From the IMG/VR virus record IMGVR_UViG_3300031820_000017, positions 1-25,578 of that record: a stretch of 25,578 nucleotides of DNA; one strand, written 5' to 3'. The position numbers and the translations under genes were made by a program. Source of the DNA: a virus. Its lineage: Duplodnaviria; Caudoviricetes. The notes under the pieces are model-generated. The model ran no database searches, was not told the DNA's origin, and worked only from the letters and a program-made list of their open reading frames with translations. Shown here piece by piece: positions 8,539-17,004 of this stretch (its first letter is position 1; every line of letters starts with the position of its first letter).

Positions 8539-9171
8539 TTATTCCTCTGTCCACACGATTGAGCCATTCCAAGCCGAGGCGTTGGTCAGGGTAGCACCGC
8601 CGAGGCTGACACAGATCTGGGCCGCGGCGCCAATGAGCACCGGGGGCTGAACGAGGTTCTCAGTGTCACGCGAGAAGTGGAAGTCGGCCGCGGTTGGAAC
8701 AGCGACCGAGGTCACCACAGGCATGGTCAGGAGCTGAGAGTCGAGGAAGGTTGGCGAGGCGTCGTTCACGGTTGGGTTGGCTGTGTAGGAGACCACCACA
8801 GCCGTGGCGGCGCCGATCGAGGTGTCTCGCTTGGCGACGTTGTTGGCTGGGTTGGCGGTGGTGCTAGCGGCAGTGCCACCGGTATCGACCAAGACCCGTC
8901 GAAGGAGCTGGACGGGGACGATCTGCACCGCAGTGGCGGTGGTGCCCCAGATTTGAATCCGCTGGAGGCGGACGGTCTTGGTTGCCGAGCCGGCGATGCA
9001 GACGACGTCGGTACCGCCGGAGACCGGGACGAGGCCGAAGAAGCCAGCGGAGTAGGTGTTTCGGGTTAGATACCCGGTAGTCAGGCCAAGCTGCGGGACG
9101 ACGTTGACCTGTGCCATGGCCGGGGTGGCAAGCGCCACCAAGGCCAGAGCGGTGAGCCAAAGGCGGCGCAT
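8539..9171 (-). CDS. Signal-peptide beta-rich protein, putative virion decoration (210 aa)
   Basis: TAATG-coupled to the upstream gene; MRRLWLTALALVALATPAMA|QV; ends WTEE; 2 Cys. Confidence 0.7.
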   Translation of the reverse strand: MRRLWLTALALVALATPAMAQVNVVPQLGLTTGYLTRNTYSAGFFGLVPVSGGTDVVCIAGSATKTVRLQRIQIWGTTATAVQIVPVQLLRRVLVDTGGTAASTTANPANNVAKRDTSIGAATAVVVSYTANPTVNDASPTFLDSQLLTMPVVTSVAVPTAADFHFSRDTENLVQPPVLIGAAAQICVSLGGATLTNASAWNGSIVWTEE

Positions 9172-9704
9172 TAGTTGGCCACCGTGATCCCGGCGGGATA
9201 GCCGCCGAGGACTGCGTTACCGGTCGACTGGTACATCTGGTCGATGCGGTCGAGGACGACGTAGGCCGAGGCGGTGCCTGCGGTCATGGTTGCACCGGCC
9301 ACGGTCCAGAGCAGGCGGACGAACCGAGGGACGGCGATGCCGGCTGGCGGCCGGGGGAAGTCCATGTCGAACAGCCGAGCACCGGCCACGAGGGTAGCCA
9401 GGGCATAGGTCGGCGAGGTCCACCAAGTGGTGAAGGCGCCGGGGGCACCAGCACCGTTATCAGGGGCGCCCTGGAGAGCGACGGAGAGAGTGCCAGCGCC
9501 GCCAGAGGTAAAGGTCGTACCGACCTGAGCCAGGAGCTTGAGGGCCGGATCGTCCCCGATCCCCATGTCCCTGGCGCCTTGGAGATTGGCCAGAACCGGA
9601 ATGCCGGCCATGTGGAGATCGAGGGTGTTCTGTGAGGCCTGCGTGCCAACGGCGATAGCGAGGCTGGCAGCAGAGTCAAAGGTGGCAAGGGCGTCGAGGA
9701 TCAT
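9171..9704 (-). CDS. Capsid cement/decoration protein (BPP-1 Bbp16-like)
   Basis: Directly after the MCP; MILDA..F...SQNTLDL...RDMGIG...L.V.LQ...RFVRL pattern. Confidence 0.8.
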   Translation of the reverse strand: MILDALATFDSAASLAIAVGTQASQNTLDLHMAGIPVLANLQGARDMGIGDDPALKLLAQVGTTFTSGGAGTLSVALQGAPDNGAGAPGAFTTWWTSPTYALATLVAGARLFDMDFPRPPAGIAVPRFVRLLWTVAGATMTAGTASAYVVLDRIDQMYQSTGNAVLGGYPAGITVAN

Positions 9705-9706
9705 GA

Positions 9707-10750
9707 TCAGGTCACCCGGGCTTCGTTGTTGAGGACTGCATCACAGGTACGCACCGGGATGCCGCGGAAGGTGGTGATGGGCTTGCCATCGAACTCCTCG
9801 ATCCGGAGGAGGACGTTGGTTTTGTTCATCGCCTGGAGGTCGAGGTAGGTGCGGATGACGCGGTTGCAGTACAGGACGGTTCGACCCATATTGGCCCGGA
9901 CCTCTGGGGAGTCCGAGGTCTGGACGGTCGTGGCAGAGACCGGCGCGGTCGGCAGACGGTAGAGCCCGCGGACGATCAGGTTGATCAGGTTGGCCGCGGA
10001 GACGCCGGTGAGCTGGGTGACGTCGATGTTGGAGATGCGGAAGGCGTAACGCCAGTCGCGGCCCACGAGACCGATCTCCCACTTGAAGTGGTCTCGGTAG
10101 GCTTGGTAGGTGTTGCCGCTGGCGTCCTGCACGGGCCACTCGCCCATGTCTTTGTGCTGAAGGCCGGTGATTTTGCCCTTGGGGAACGTGGCGTGCCAGG
10201 TATCCGATCCCCAGACCACGCCCCAGATAGAGGTGTTGGTCGAGCCGGTGCCACCGCCGTCGAGGACGTTGGCCGCGGTGTTGGAGTTCGCAGCGTTGAC
10301 GGTGGAGTACCGCGGGGCAAGGCCGGTGAAGCGCTCCGGGTTGACCGACTGGTTGCCGTAGATCAGGGTCGAGGCGACCTGCTGGGACATGCCTTCGAGG
10401 AAGGCCTTGACCTCAGACAGGCGGAACTCGGCGGTATTGCCGTTGAGATCGGCGATGTCCTTGTCGATGACCGCGTAGGTCTCAAGGTTGCCACAGGCAT
10501 CGGTGATCTGCGCGGTGGTCGACTTCGCGTTCGGCACGCCCTGATTGAGCAGGCGCCAAGTGGCCTGGGGCAGACCAGTACGGACGGTGGTTTTGTGCCC
10601 CGTTGGGAGGTTGCCCTCGATAACCAGGAGGTCTTCGAGGATCTCGTTGGTCTGGCTGAGCAGTTCGATGATGCTGGCGATGCGGTAGCCATCATCGACT
10701 CGCTTGGCCCAGTCCATGTAGGTGAGGGCAGTTGAGCCCACGATTGCCAT
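9707..10750 (-). CDS. Major capsid protein (BPP-1 Bbp17-like)
   Basis: 347 aa; IIELLSQTNEILED, GHKTTVRTGLP, WRLLNQGV, RDWRY..RISNID, FRGIPVRTCDA; strongly biased codons. Confidence 0.92.
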   Translation of the reverse strand: MAIVGSTALTYMDWAKRVDDGYRIASIIELLSQTNEILEDLLVIEGNLPTGHKTTVRTGLPQATWRLLNQGVPNAKSTTAQITDACGNLETYAVIDKDIADLNGNTAEFRLSEVKAFLEGMSQQVASTLIYGNQSVNPERFTGLAPRYSTVNAANSNTAANVLDGGGTGSTNTSIWGVVWGSDTWHATFPKGKITGLQHKDMGEWPVQDASGNTYQAYRDHFKWEIGLVGRDWRYAFRISNIDVTQLTGVSAANLINLIVRGLYRLPTAPVSATTVQTSDSPEVRANMGRTVLYCNRVIRTYLDLQAMNKTNVLLRIEEFDGKPITTFRGIPVRTCDAVLNNEARVT

Positions 10751-10753
10751 GGA

Positions 10754-11473
10754 TTATGTTCCTGCGGATGGGAGGTTGGGATACAGGGCCCTGGCTGGAC
10801 CTTGACGGTCGCCAGTCCCTGGGGCTGTCTGGCCGAAGCGCGACGGGGCCTTGCCAGTGACAGGGCCTCCTTCGGTGACTTTCTGAGCAAGGGCAAAGAG
10901 GACCTTGACGAAGGAGTGGAAGTTTCCTGCGCCGGTAAAGTCCATATCTGCTCGAAAGTCTGCGGCCAGTTGTGGGTTCCCAAGGCCATCCAGTGCCTTT
11001 GACACTGTGGTCTTGACCGCATCAAGCTTTCCCCCGATCTCGGGATCGGCATTGATCTTGGCAACCTCTTGGTCTTGACGTTCCTTGTAGAAATTCACCG
11101 GGCCCTCAGCGGCCTCGCGGGTCTTGGCGGCGTAGAAGTCCACGAGGGACTGCGCCTGCTCCTGCGTGAGGTTCATGCTTTTGAAAAGCTTTCCAGCTTC
11201 CTCAGCGACCTCGGGCTTGATCTCGAAGCCCTCAGGGGCAGTGAAATCGGCGTACTTCTCCGGCGCCCCCTGCGCGGCCTCGGGCTTCTTGCCGTCTTGG
11301 TTGAGGAGGGATTTCTCCCCACCTTCAGTGGGTGTAGTCGACGTAGTTGGCTCCGGCTTCGCCGGCTCCGTCGTCGGCTGCTGGCTCTTCGTCGGCTCCG
11401 TCTGGGGCTGGGTCGTCCCCTCGGGCCCGGGCGCGGTTGTTCCGGTCTGCGTCGATTGCTGAGTCTCGCTCAT
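10754..11473 (-). CDS. Capsid scaffold/assembly protein
   Basis: Pro/Thr/Gln-rich N-terminus, APEKYADFTAPEG, LTQEQAQSLVD, C-terminal A.ALYP; lies between portal and MCP. Confidence 0.8.
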   Translation of the reverse strand: MSETQQSTQTGTTAPGPEGTTQPQTEPTKSQQPTTEPAKPEPTTSTTPTEGGEKSLLNQDGKKPEAAQGAPEKYADFTAPEGFEIKPEVAEEAGKLFKSMNLTQEQAQSLVDFYAAKTREAAEGPVNFYKERQDQEVAKINADPEIGGKLDAVKTTVSKALDGLGNPQLAADFRADMDFTGAGNFHSFVKVLFALAQKVTEGGPVTGKAPSRFGQTAPGTGDRQGPARALYPNLPSAGT

Positions 11474-11759
11474 TGGCTTCCCTTAGCATTAGGATTAACT
11501 CGGAGGGACAGAACTGCATGATTGAGGTCAGCAGTTGAAGCCCTTGGTTGCGCTCGCCCTCACGAAAGGCCATGTTGAGAGGGTTGAGGTCGAAGGAGGT
11601 GTGGAAGACGTGGGCCGCAGCGAGGCGACGCCAGAGATAGGCTCGGCCGCCCAGGTGGGACATCAGGGCGGTAATGACCTCGCGGTCCTGGGCATCGGCG
11701 AGCTTGGCAGCCTTGGCGGCGACTTTGACATCGGCCCTGGTGGCGGCGTTGTAGGTCAT
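11325..11759 (-). CDS. Conserved head-module protein (Bbp19-like)
   Basis: GR.YLW..L...VF..SF...MAFREGERNQGL motif; ATGA-coupled to the portal gene. Confidence 0.8.
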   Translation of the reverse strand: MTYNAATRADVKVAAKAAKLADAQDREVITALMSHLGGRAYLWRRLAAAHVFHTSFDLNPLNMAFREGERNQGLQLLTSIMQFCPSELILMLREANERDSAIDADRNNRARARGDDPAPDGADEEPAADDGAGEAGANYVDYTH

Positions 11760-13501
11760 TGCAAGCCCCCACCAGCGGACATCCGTTGAAGGGCGTTCTT
11801 GCCTGCGCCTGTGTCGGTCTCAGAGAGGAGCTTGGCGCCTTGGACGGCAGCCATGGATTGTTGCATCTTCTGTTCCTGGGCCTGCTGCTGCTGGCGCTGC
11901 TGGCGGATCTGGGCCAGGGCCGTCGGGGAGCGGATGAGCCTGGGGTCGTTGTTGACGAGGGAGGAGTATTTCTCGATTCCGTAGTCGAAGTCGACGTTGT
12001 CCATCGCCTGTGGGTCAACCCCAGCGAGGTTGCCAACCATGGACATGACCCGCTCGATGCCACCGGCGGAGGCCGCCTGCTGGGCGAGCTGGAGCATGGA
12101 GACGTACTTGACCGTGATGGCCTTGCCTTGGATCTCAGCCGGGGCCGGTGGGAGGATCCCCGCACGGGCGGCGATAGCGAAGGTCCTGTCGATGGCCACT
12201 GCGAGGAATTCGTTATGCAGCCGGGTGAGGACTGGGCCGAGCATGATCATTCCCTCGGCTCGTCGAGCGTCGATTTCAACCGCGGTTACGTTGGACCGGG
12301 TTTCGTACTGGGAAATGATCTTGAACAACGGAACGTAGAAGGCTTTCTCAATCCGCTCACGGACCTCCATCAGGTCCTCGGAGATTTCCTTCACCGGTGG
12401 CTCGACGGTGTAGACCGGGGCAAAGCCAGGGCGACCCTGGGACATCATGCCAGAGACGTAAGTCACCCCGCCGGGGAGGAGGCTGGCGGGTTGGTTCTTG
12501 AGCTGGATATCAGCAACCATCGGAGGGTTGACGAGCTTGTCGATGGCCTGGGCTTTGCGCTTGGTTTCGAGCTGGAGTTGCTTCACATCAGGCAAAGCAT
12601 CCATGCCAGGGCTTCGGCCGTAAGCGTCGTTGGAGACGAGGTCCCATCGCCCGGGCATGTGGATTTGTTCGTGGAAGCCTCGCTTGCGCAGCCAGCCTGG
12701 GGCGTAGGAGGAGCCGCCTTGGGGCGAAGCCGATCCGCCCCATTCCCAGTAGAGCTCGCGGAAGGCGAAGTGAGAGGGAATCCCGTAGGCTCGGCCGTCG
12801 TCATTAGGTTCGATCGCATGGGCCACGACCAGCTCGCGGGTGAGGGAAGAGCCACCCTCACGCCAGAGCCGGGCGACGGTTGGGGAGACGGCAGAGAGGC
12901 CGAACTCGCCCACAACTTGGTCGACGGTTAGGGTGAACTCGCGGTAGAAGATCCGGGCCTTCATGTCCTTGTCGTTGTCGAGGTAGAACTCGCCAAGGCA
13001 GGGGTTGATGCAGTTGATGACGTTTTCGAAGTCCTCGTAAATCAGGACGACGCAGGTGCCGAAGACCACGAGGTCGAAATAGGCCACGGCGAGGGCGGTG
13101 TAGAAGTTCGACTCGTGGAAGATGAGCATCATGATCCGCTCAACTTCGGCGAGCCAGAGGGAGACTGGCGAGGTCTGGGTCGAGTCAATGCGGCCGACCT
13201 GGAGGCCGAACCAGGGCCGGGCTGGGTCGGTCACGCCGAACATGATGCCAGCTCCGCAGTCCCTGGCAGAGAGGGTGCCGGCGTTGTCGAGGATGTGTTG
13301 GTTGATTGGTGAGCCCCGGGCCATTTGGTTGGGGGTGATGATCCATTTGTACCGGCGGGGGAGGAGGTAGTCAGCAAGCTCGCGCCAGTGGGTCCACCAG
13401 GAGTAGCGGTTGACGCGCAGGCCCATGAGGCGGCCCTCGGCGGCTCGACGGAGCTTGAGGTCGCCTGGGGCTTGGCCGACGGATGTGGCTTGCTCGGGCA
13501 C
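11756..13501 (-). CDS. Portal (head-tail connector) protein
   Basis: 581 aa; W.ELADY.LP, P.RPWF, SNFY, DLVVFGT, YGRSPGMDALPD, TAVEI..R..E...LGPV motifs of T7 gp8/Bbp21-like portals. Confidence 0.93.
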   Translation of the reverse strand: MPEQATSVGQAPGDLKLRRAAEGRLMGLRVNRYSWWTHWRELADYLLPRRYKWIITPNQMARGSPINQHILDNAGTLSARDCGAGIMFGVTDPARPWFGLQVGRIDSTQTSPVSLWLAEVERIMMLIFHESNFYTALAVAYFDLVVFGTCVVLIYEDFENVINCINPCLGEFYLDNDKDMKARIFYREFTLTVDQVVGEFGLSAVSPTVARLWREGGSSLTRELVVAHAIEPNDDGRAYGIPSHFAFRELYWEWGGSASPQGGSSYAPGWLRKRGFHEQIHMPGRWDLVSNDAYGRSPGMDALPDVKQLQLETKRKAQAIDKLVNPPMVADIQLKNQPASLLPGGVTYVSGMMSQGRPGFAPVYTVEPPVKEISEDLMEVRERIEKAFYVPLFKIISQYETRSNVTAVEIDARRAEGMIMLGPVLTRLHNEFLAVAIDRTFAIAARAGILPPAPAEIQGKAITVKYVSMLQLAQQAASAGGIERVMSMVGNLAGVDPQAMDNVDFDYGIEKYSSLVNNDPRLIRSPTALAQIRQQRQQQQAQEQKMQQSMAAVQGAKLLSETDTGAGKNALQRMSAGGGLQ

Positions 13502-13785
13502 TAGCGTTTGGCCATGGGTGCGAGGGCGGCAGAGGCGGACTTGAGGTTGCGGGACGGGTTGGCCTTACGGGCGAGGCGGTTGGCCAGGGCCGGCGAGGAA
13601 TCGGTCTGAGCCGCGGTCGGGTTTGGCTCGCCTCGGCGGTCTTCGATGGCGGTTGACCGTGGGCCGAACTCCCTGGGGCCGAACAGGCCCTGGTGATGCA
13701 TGCCGGCTGCGGCCATGAGCAGGGCGGACTCGGAGGGCTGGACCTCGGGGATGAGGTTGTCTGGCGAGCGAGGGACGGTGGGCAT
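13501..13785 (-). CDS. Hypothetical protein (94 aa)
   Basis: Fills the gap between neighbours; stop overlaps the portal start; contains RSTAIEDRRG. Confidence 0.65.
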   Translation of the reverse strand: MPTVPRSPDNLIPEVQPSESALLMAAAGMHHQGLFGPREFGPRSTAIEDRRGEPNPTAAQTDSSPALANRLARKANPSRNLKSASAALAPMAKR

Positions 13786-13788
13786 GGG

Positions 13789-13980
13789 TTAGGATCCTAA
13801 CAAGGTCTTCTGTGCAGTCTGGCCCTGGGTCGGTAGCGAGCCGAGGACTGTGGAGTTGAACTGTTGACTTTGCCCCTGGCCGGGCTTGCGCTGGGGCTGG
13901 CCGCCAAACATCGGCGGATTGGGCGGTGGGGCCGGGGCCTGGGGAACGTACTGGGGTGTGGGTGGGGAACCGAAGCTCAT
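13789..13980 (-). CDS. Small Pro-rich putative virion protein (63 aa)
   Basis: N-terminal P-rich stretch and C-terminal KTLLG, typical of the small gene preceding podoviral portals. Confidence 0.75.
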   Translation of the reverse strand: MSFGSPPTPQYVPQAPAPPPNPPMFGGQPQRKPGQGQSQQFNSTVLGSLPTQGQTAQKTLLGS

Positions 13981-14186
13981 CCGAATTTCCTAATGTTCCG
14001 GACCGGGGTCGGCTTGCCGTGCGAAGCGAGGGCCCCAGCGGCCTCGCCAGGGGAGAGGACGGTCACGTGGGCAGGGTTGAAGGCAGCCGCGGTGGCGACG
14101 TCCATGACAGCGCCGGGGTAGACCAGTTGCCACTGGCCGTCGAGTTGCATGTAGCAGGTTTGGGTGAGTTGGACTCGGTCAACCAT
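13977..14186 (-). CDS. Hypothetical protein (69 aa)
   Basis: TAATG and ATGA coupling on both sides. Confidence 0.7.
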   Translation of the reverse strand: MVDRVQLTQTCYMQLDGQWQLVYPGAVMDVATAAAFNPAHVTVLSPGEAAGALASHGKPTPVRNIRKFG

Positions 14187-15676
14187 TAGGCGACCATCCT
14201 TTCGGCTGAGAACGGGTCGTACTCGGACTTGACCATGGGCTCGTGGGGACCCTCGTGACCGGCGAGGTCGTGGGGGGCGACGGGGTAGGCGAAGGTCAGG
14301 GCCAGGGCATCGGCGAGGTCGGGGCTTTCGAGCCCGCGCTTGACCATGTCCTCCTTCCGCTCGAGGAGGATCTCGTTCCGAAGGTTGAGGGTGTAGGTGG
14401 GGCCAACGAGCTGCGCGCGGAGATCAGGGTCGTCCGGGATGGCTCCCCCACGAAGCCAGGCCCTCATCGAGCCCCACATCTCCGCGCGCTTATTGGCATA
14501 CCGAGTGCCCTCGTCGCCCGTGGCGAAGCCTACTCCGTCGGGCTTCGAGCCGAAGTTGATGTCGAAGCAGGCGACATGGAGATGACGAAGATTATCGACG
14601 ACGCCACCCCCAACACCACCGCCATCAACGAACACAGCGTCGATGTGGTACTGGCGAACGGCCTCAGCCACACGAGCAGCCACACCGACAGTATCCACAC
14701 CCCGAAGGCGCACTGGGGGGATCGATCGAGCATCACGACCTTTGCGAAAGAAGAGAACGGTTTCATTGTCACCAAACCTTGCTACGTCGACCCCGAGGAC
14801 TAGGGGGTCGTTACGGTTGGAGAAAGGCTCCGCGAGGGCAGCCGAGGCGACGTCGGTGGAGGAGATGAATTCGCTCTCGCCTACACGGGGGAACTCGCCC
14901 TTGACGCGGATGCGGACGAAGTCAGAGTCATCACCGTAGGCCTCGATCCACTTGGCGAACTGGGCCTTGTTGGTGAAGCGAACGGTGCGAGAATCGACCT
15001 GACGGGTTTTCCAGGCCTTGGAGTGCCGCTGACCGGGGAAGCATTCGCGGAAGCGGCCGGTGTTGCGGGTGGGGTTGCCGAAGACGGCCCAGATGATCTG
15101 GGTGTCAGCGTCGGTGAGGGCGCCTTCGGCTGTTTCCCAGATGATGTCTGGGATGGCCGAGCCCTCGTCGAAGATCAGGAGGAGGCGCTTGCCTTTGTTG
15201 TGCAGCCCGGCGAAGGCTTCGGTGTTTTTCTCACTCCAGGGCACCATGTCGATCCGCCAAGTGCGCTCGTTGTCGACTTGGAAGATCGCGGTCGCGGTGA
15301 GCTTGAAGTAAGCCTTGGCGATGAACATCGCATGCCACTTGCCAAGCTCGGCCCAGGTCTTGGTCTTGAGCTGGGTCTCGGTATTGGCAGTGACGACGCC
15401 GCGGGTGTCGGTGAGGGTTGAGATGGCCCAGAGGATGAGCCAAGCGACGAGGCAGGATTTGCCTACCCCGTGGCCGGAGGCGGTGGCGAGTTGGATGGCT
15501 TGGTCGAGGGAGAGGAGGCCGTCCCGGACGTCGCAGAGGACCTGGCGTTGCCACTCCTCAGGGCCGGTCTCCGAGGCGAGGCGAGTGTCGGGTTCGCCCC
15601 AGGGGAAGGCCCCAAGGACGAAGGCATAGGGATCGCCTGTGACGGAGGCAAGCCAGGCGATGAGGAGGGGGTCCAA
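14186..15676 (-). CDS. terL: Terminase large subunit
   Basis: Walker A SGHGVGKS, Walker B LLIFDE, GNPTR coupling motif, nuclease LGVDVARFGD and SPDLADALALTF; TTG start with RBS GGAGG. Confidence 0.95.
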   Translation of the reverse strand: MDPLLIAWLASVTGDPYAFVLGAFPWGEPDTRLASETGPEEWQRQVLCDVRDGLLSLDQAIQLATASGHGVGKSCLVAWLILWAISTLTDTRGVVTANTETQLKTKTWAELGKWHAMFIAKAYFKLTATAIFQVDNERTWRIDMVPWSEKNTEAFAGLHNKGKRLLLIFDEGSAIPDIIWETAEGALTDADTQIIWAVFGNPTRNTGRFRECFPGQRHSKAWKTRQVDSRTVRFTNKAQFAKWIEAYGDDSDFVRIRVKGEFPRVGESEFISSTDVASAALAEPFSNRNDPLVLGVDVARFGDNETVLFFRKGRDARSIPPVRLRGVDTVGVAARVAEAVRQYHIDAVFVDGGGVGGGVVDNLRHLHVACFDINFGSKPDGVGFATGDEGTRYANKRAEMWGSMRAWLRGGAIPDDPDLRAQLVGPTYTLNLRNEILLERKEDMVKRGLESPDLADALALTFAYPVAPHDLAGHEGPHEPMVKSEYDPFSAERMVA

Positions 15677-15679
15677 GGG

Positions 15680-16318
15680 TCAGAACCTCCGCTTAAACGC
15701 CAGGACCGCCCCAGTCGGCTCGCGTTGGGGGGCAGCACCGACTGGGGCGGGGGAGACCGACGGGGCCTCCACGACTGGCGAGGGGAGAGGGGCTGGTTGA
15801 GACCAGGGCCGTGTGGTCCCTAGGGGAGAGTGCAGGGAGGAGGTCTCAACCAGCTTTGGCTCGGCCCGGCCCTCAATGGTAACCCCGCTTCGCGCGATGG
15901 CTCGGTCGAGCTGCGCTGCGAAGTCGAGGTTGAGATTGACCTGAGTGGTTCGCTTGGCAAAGCCGAAGCGGTCGGCCCGGTCGGCGGAGATCATGACCAA
16001 CTCGCGGACCGAGGGCAGGACGCCTTCGTCCTCCGCGGCCTCGAGCCGATCCGACAGCATCCGCTCGGCGACGAGCATGTTGGCAGTGGCCAGGGCGTGG
16101 TAGTTATCGATCCCCTGGCGCCAAGTGTGGTCCACCGCCTCGCGGTACTGGGCGATGAGCTCCTGGAAGGCCGGGTCAGCGAGGAAGACCGAAACCCGCG
16201 AGTTCGAATACCCTGCGGCAAGGCACACCTCCCCCGGCCGCATGCCCGAGGCGAACATCCTCGCGAGCATGTGGTGGGAGTCCTTGAACCGCTTGACTAC
16301 GCTAGGCTTCGTCGCCAT
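15680..16318 (-). CDS. terS: Probable terminase small subunit (HTH-containing)
   Basis: Directly upstream of terL; N-terminal HTH-like GMRPGEVCLAAGYSNSRVS, DPAFQELI. Start uncertain (ATG 16318 chosen). Confidence 0.65.
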   Translation of the reverse strand: MATKPSVVKRFKDSHHMLARMFASGMRPGEVCLAAGYSNSRVSVFLADPAFQELIAQYREAVDHTWRQGIDNYHALATANMLVAERMLSDRLEAAEDEGVLPSVRELVMISADRADRFGFAKRTTQVNLNLDFAAQLDRAIARSGVTIEGRAEPKLVETSSLHSPLGTTRPWSQPAPLPSPVVEAPSVSPAPVGAAPQREPTGAVLAFKRRF

Positions 16319-16478
16319 CACCAACTTCCGCGAATTTAACCCTCGGCAGCGTCACCCTCTGCCGCCCCTTCGCATCCCTCGCCCGTAGCTCCCGCTCAGC
16401 CTCCCGCCACGGCTTGGCCGGCCCCGTCATCGCCTGCCCCGCCACAACGACCGTTCGCTGACCTGATCCCAGTTTCAT
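16302..16478 (-). CDS. Hypothetical protein (58 aa), possibly leaderless
   Basis: ATG 5 nt downstream of a -10 box; 3' end overlaps the terS start. Confidence 0.4.
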   Translation of the reverse strand: MKLGSGQRTVVVAGQAMTGPAKPWREAERELRARDAKGRQRVTLPRVKFAEVGDGDEA

Positions 16479-16483
16479 CCCCC

Positions 16484-16513
16484 ATCCTACCACCCCCTCG
16501 CCCGCAAAGTCAA
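16484..16513 (-). promoter_or_regulatory. Sigma70-like promoter for the packaging/structural operon
   Basis: TTGACT-18 bp-TAGGAT with extended -10 TG on the minus strand. Confidence 0.55.
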
Positions 16514-16730
16514 CCCTCGCCTGCCGGCCGAAGGACAGAAAAGGAGACGAAGGGTATGGGTCCTTCGTGAGGCACAGAATTTACCCGGCACGTCAGCCCC
16601 GCGCACGAGAGGCCGATTTTGCCCCTGGGGGTGGCGGGGGAGGGGTCGGACGGTACCGTTCGGTGCCGTTGGCACAGGGCTTGCACTTCGCGCGTGTGGG
16701 CGGGCGCGTTCATTAACCCATCGCGCATGG

Positions 16731-16786
16731 TGCGGTGCAGCATCACGAAATCGTGACTTGTCCCCGCCGGCGGCCGGTGCGATGCT
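16731..16786 (+). promoter_or_regulatory. Putative promoter with upstream operator-like sites
   Basis: TGCGGTGCAGCA (16731-16742), palindrome TCACGA-AA-TCGTGA (16743-16756), then TTGTCC-17 bp-GATGCT. Confidence 0.45.
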
Positions 16787-17004
16787 GATCGGGTCAAGAC
16801 GGGGCGAGCCCATGCTCGCTTCGGCACGAGAGCGCAACGTCGGGGACAAGCAAGCCCGGACATGCAAGCGCTGGCTGTGCTACGGCCTGCGGGCCGCGAG
16901 GGAAGGATTGCCAATCCAGGGGCAGGGGAGTGCGAACCCTGCCCCTCAGTGGGCAATGCGCCCAAACGGCAGCACGGGCCATATCACCGTGCGGAGTGAC
17001 GACA

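Noticed and set aside
3202-9171. Diversity-generating retroelement, as in BPP-1
   Set aside because: No reverse transcriptase and no TR/VR repeat pair seen in this window.
11759-12931. 390-aa plus-strand ORF, and similar ones at 4915-5652, 10088-10735 and 14243-14803
   Set aside because: Antisense shadows of well-supported structural genes, expected with GC-rich codon bias; no recognisable motifs.
16793-17004. tRNA or known riboswitch
   Set aside because: No T-loop/D-loop consensus, CCA end or aptamer consensus that I recognise.
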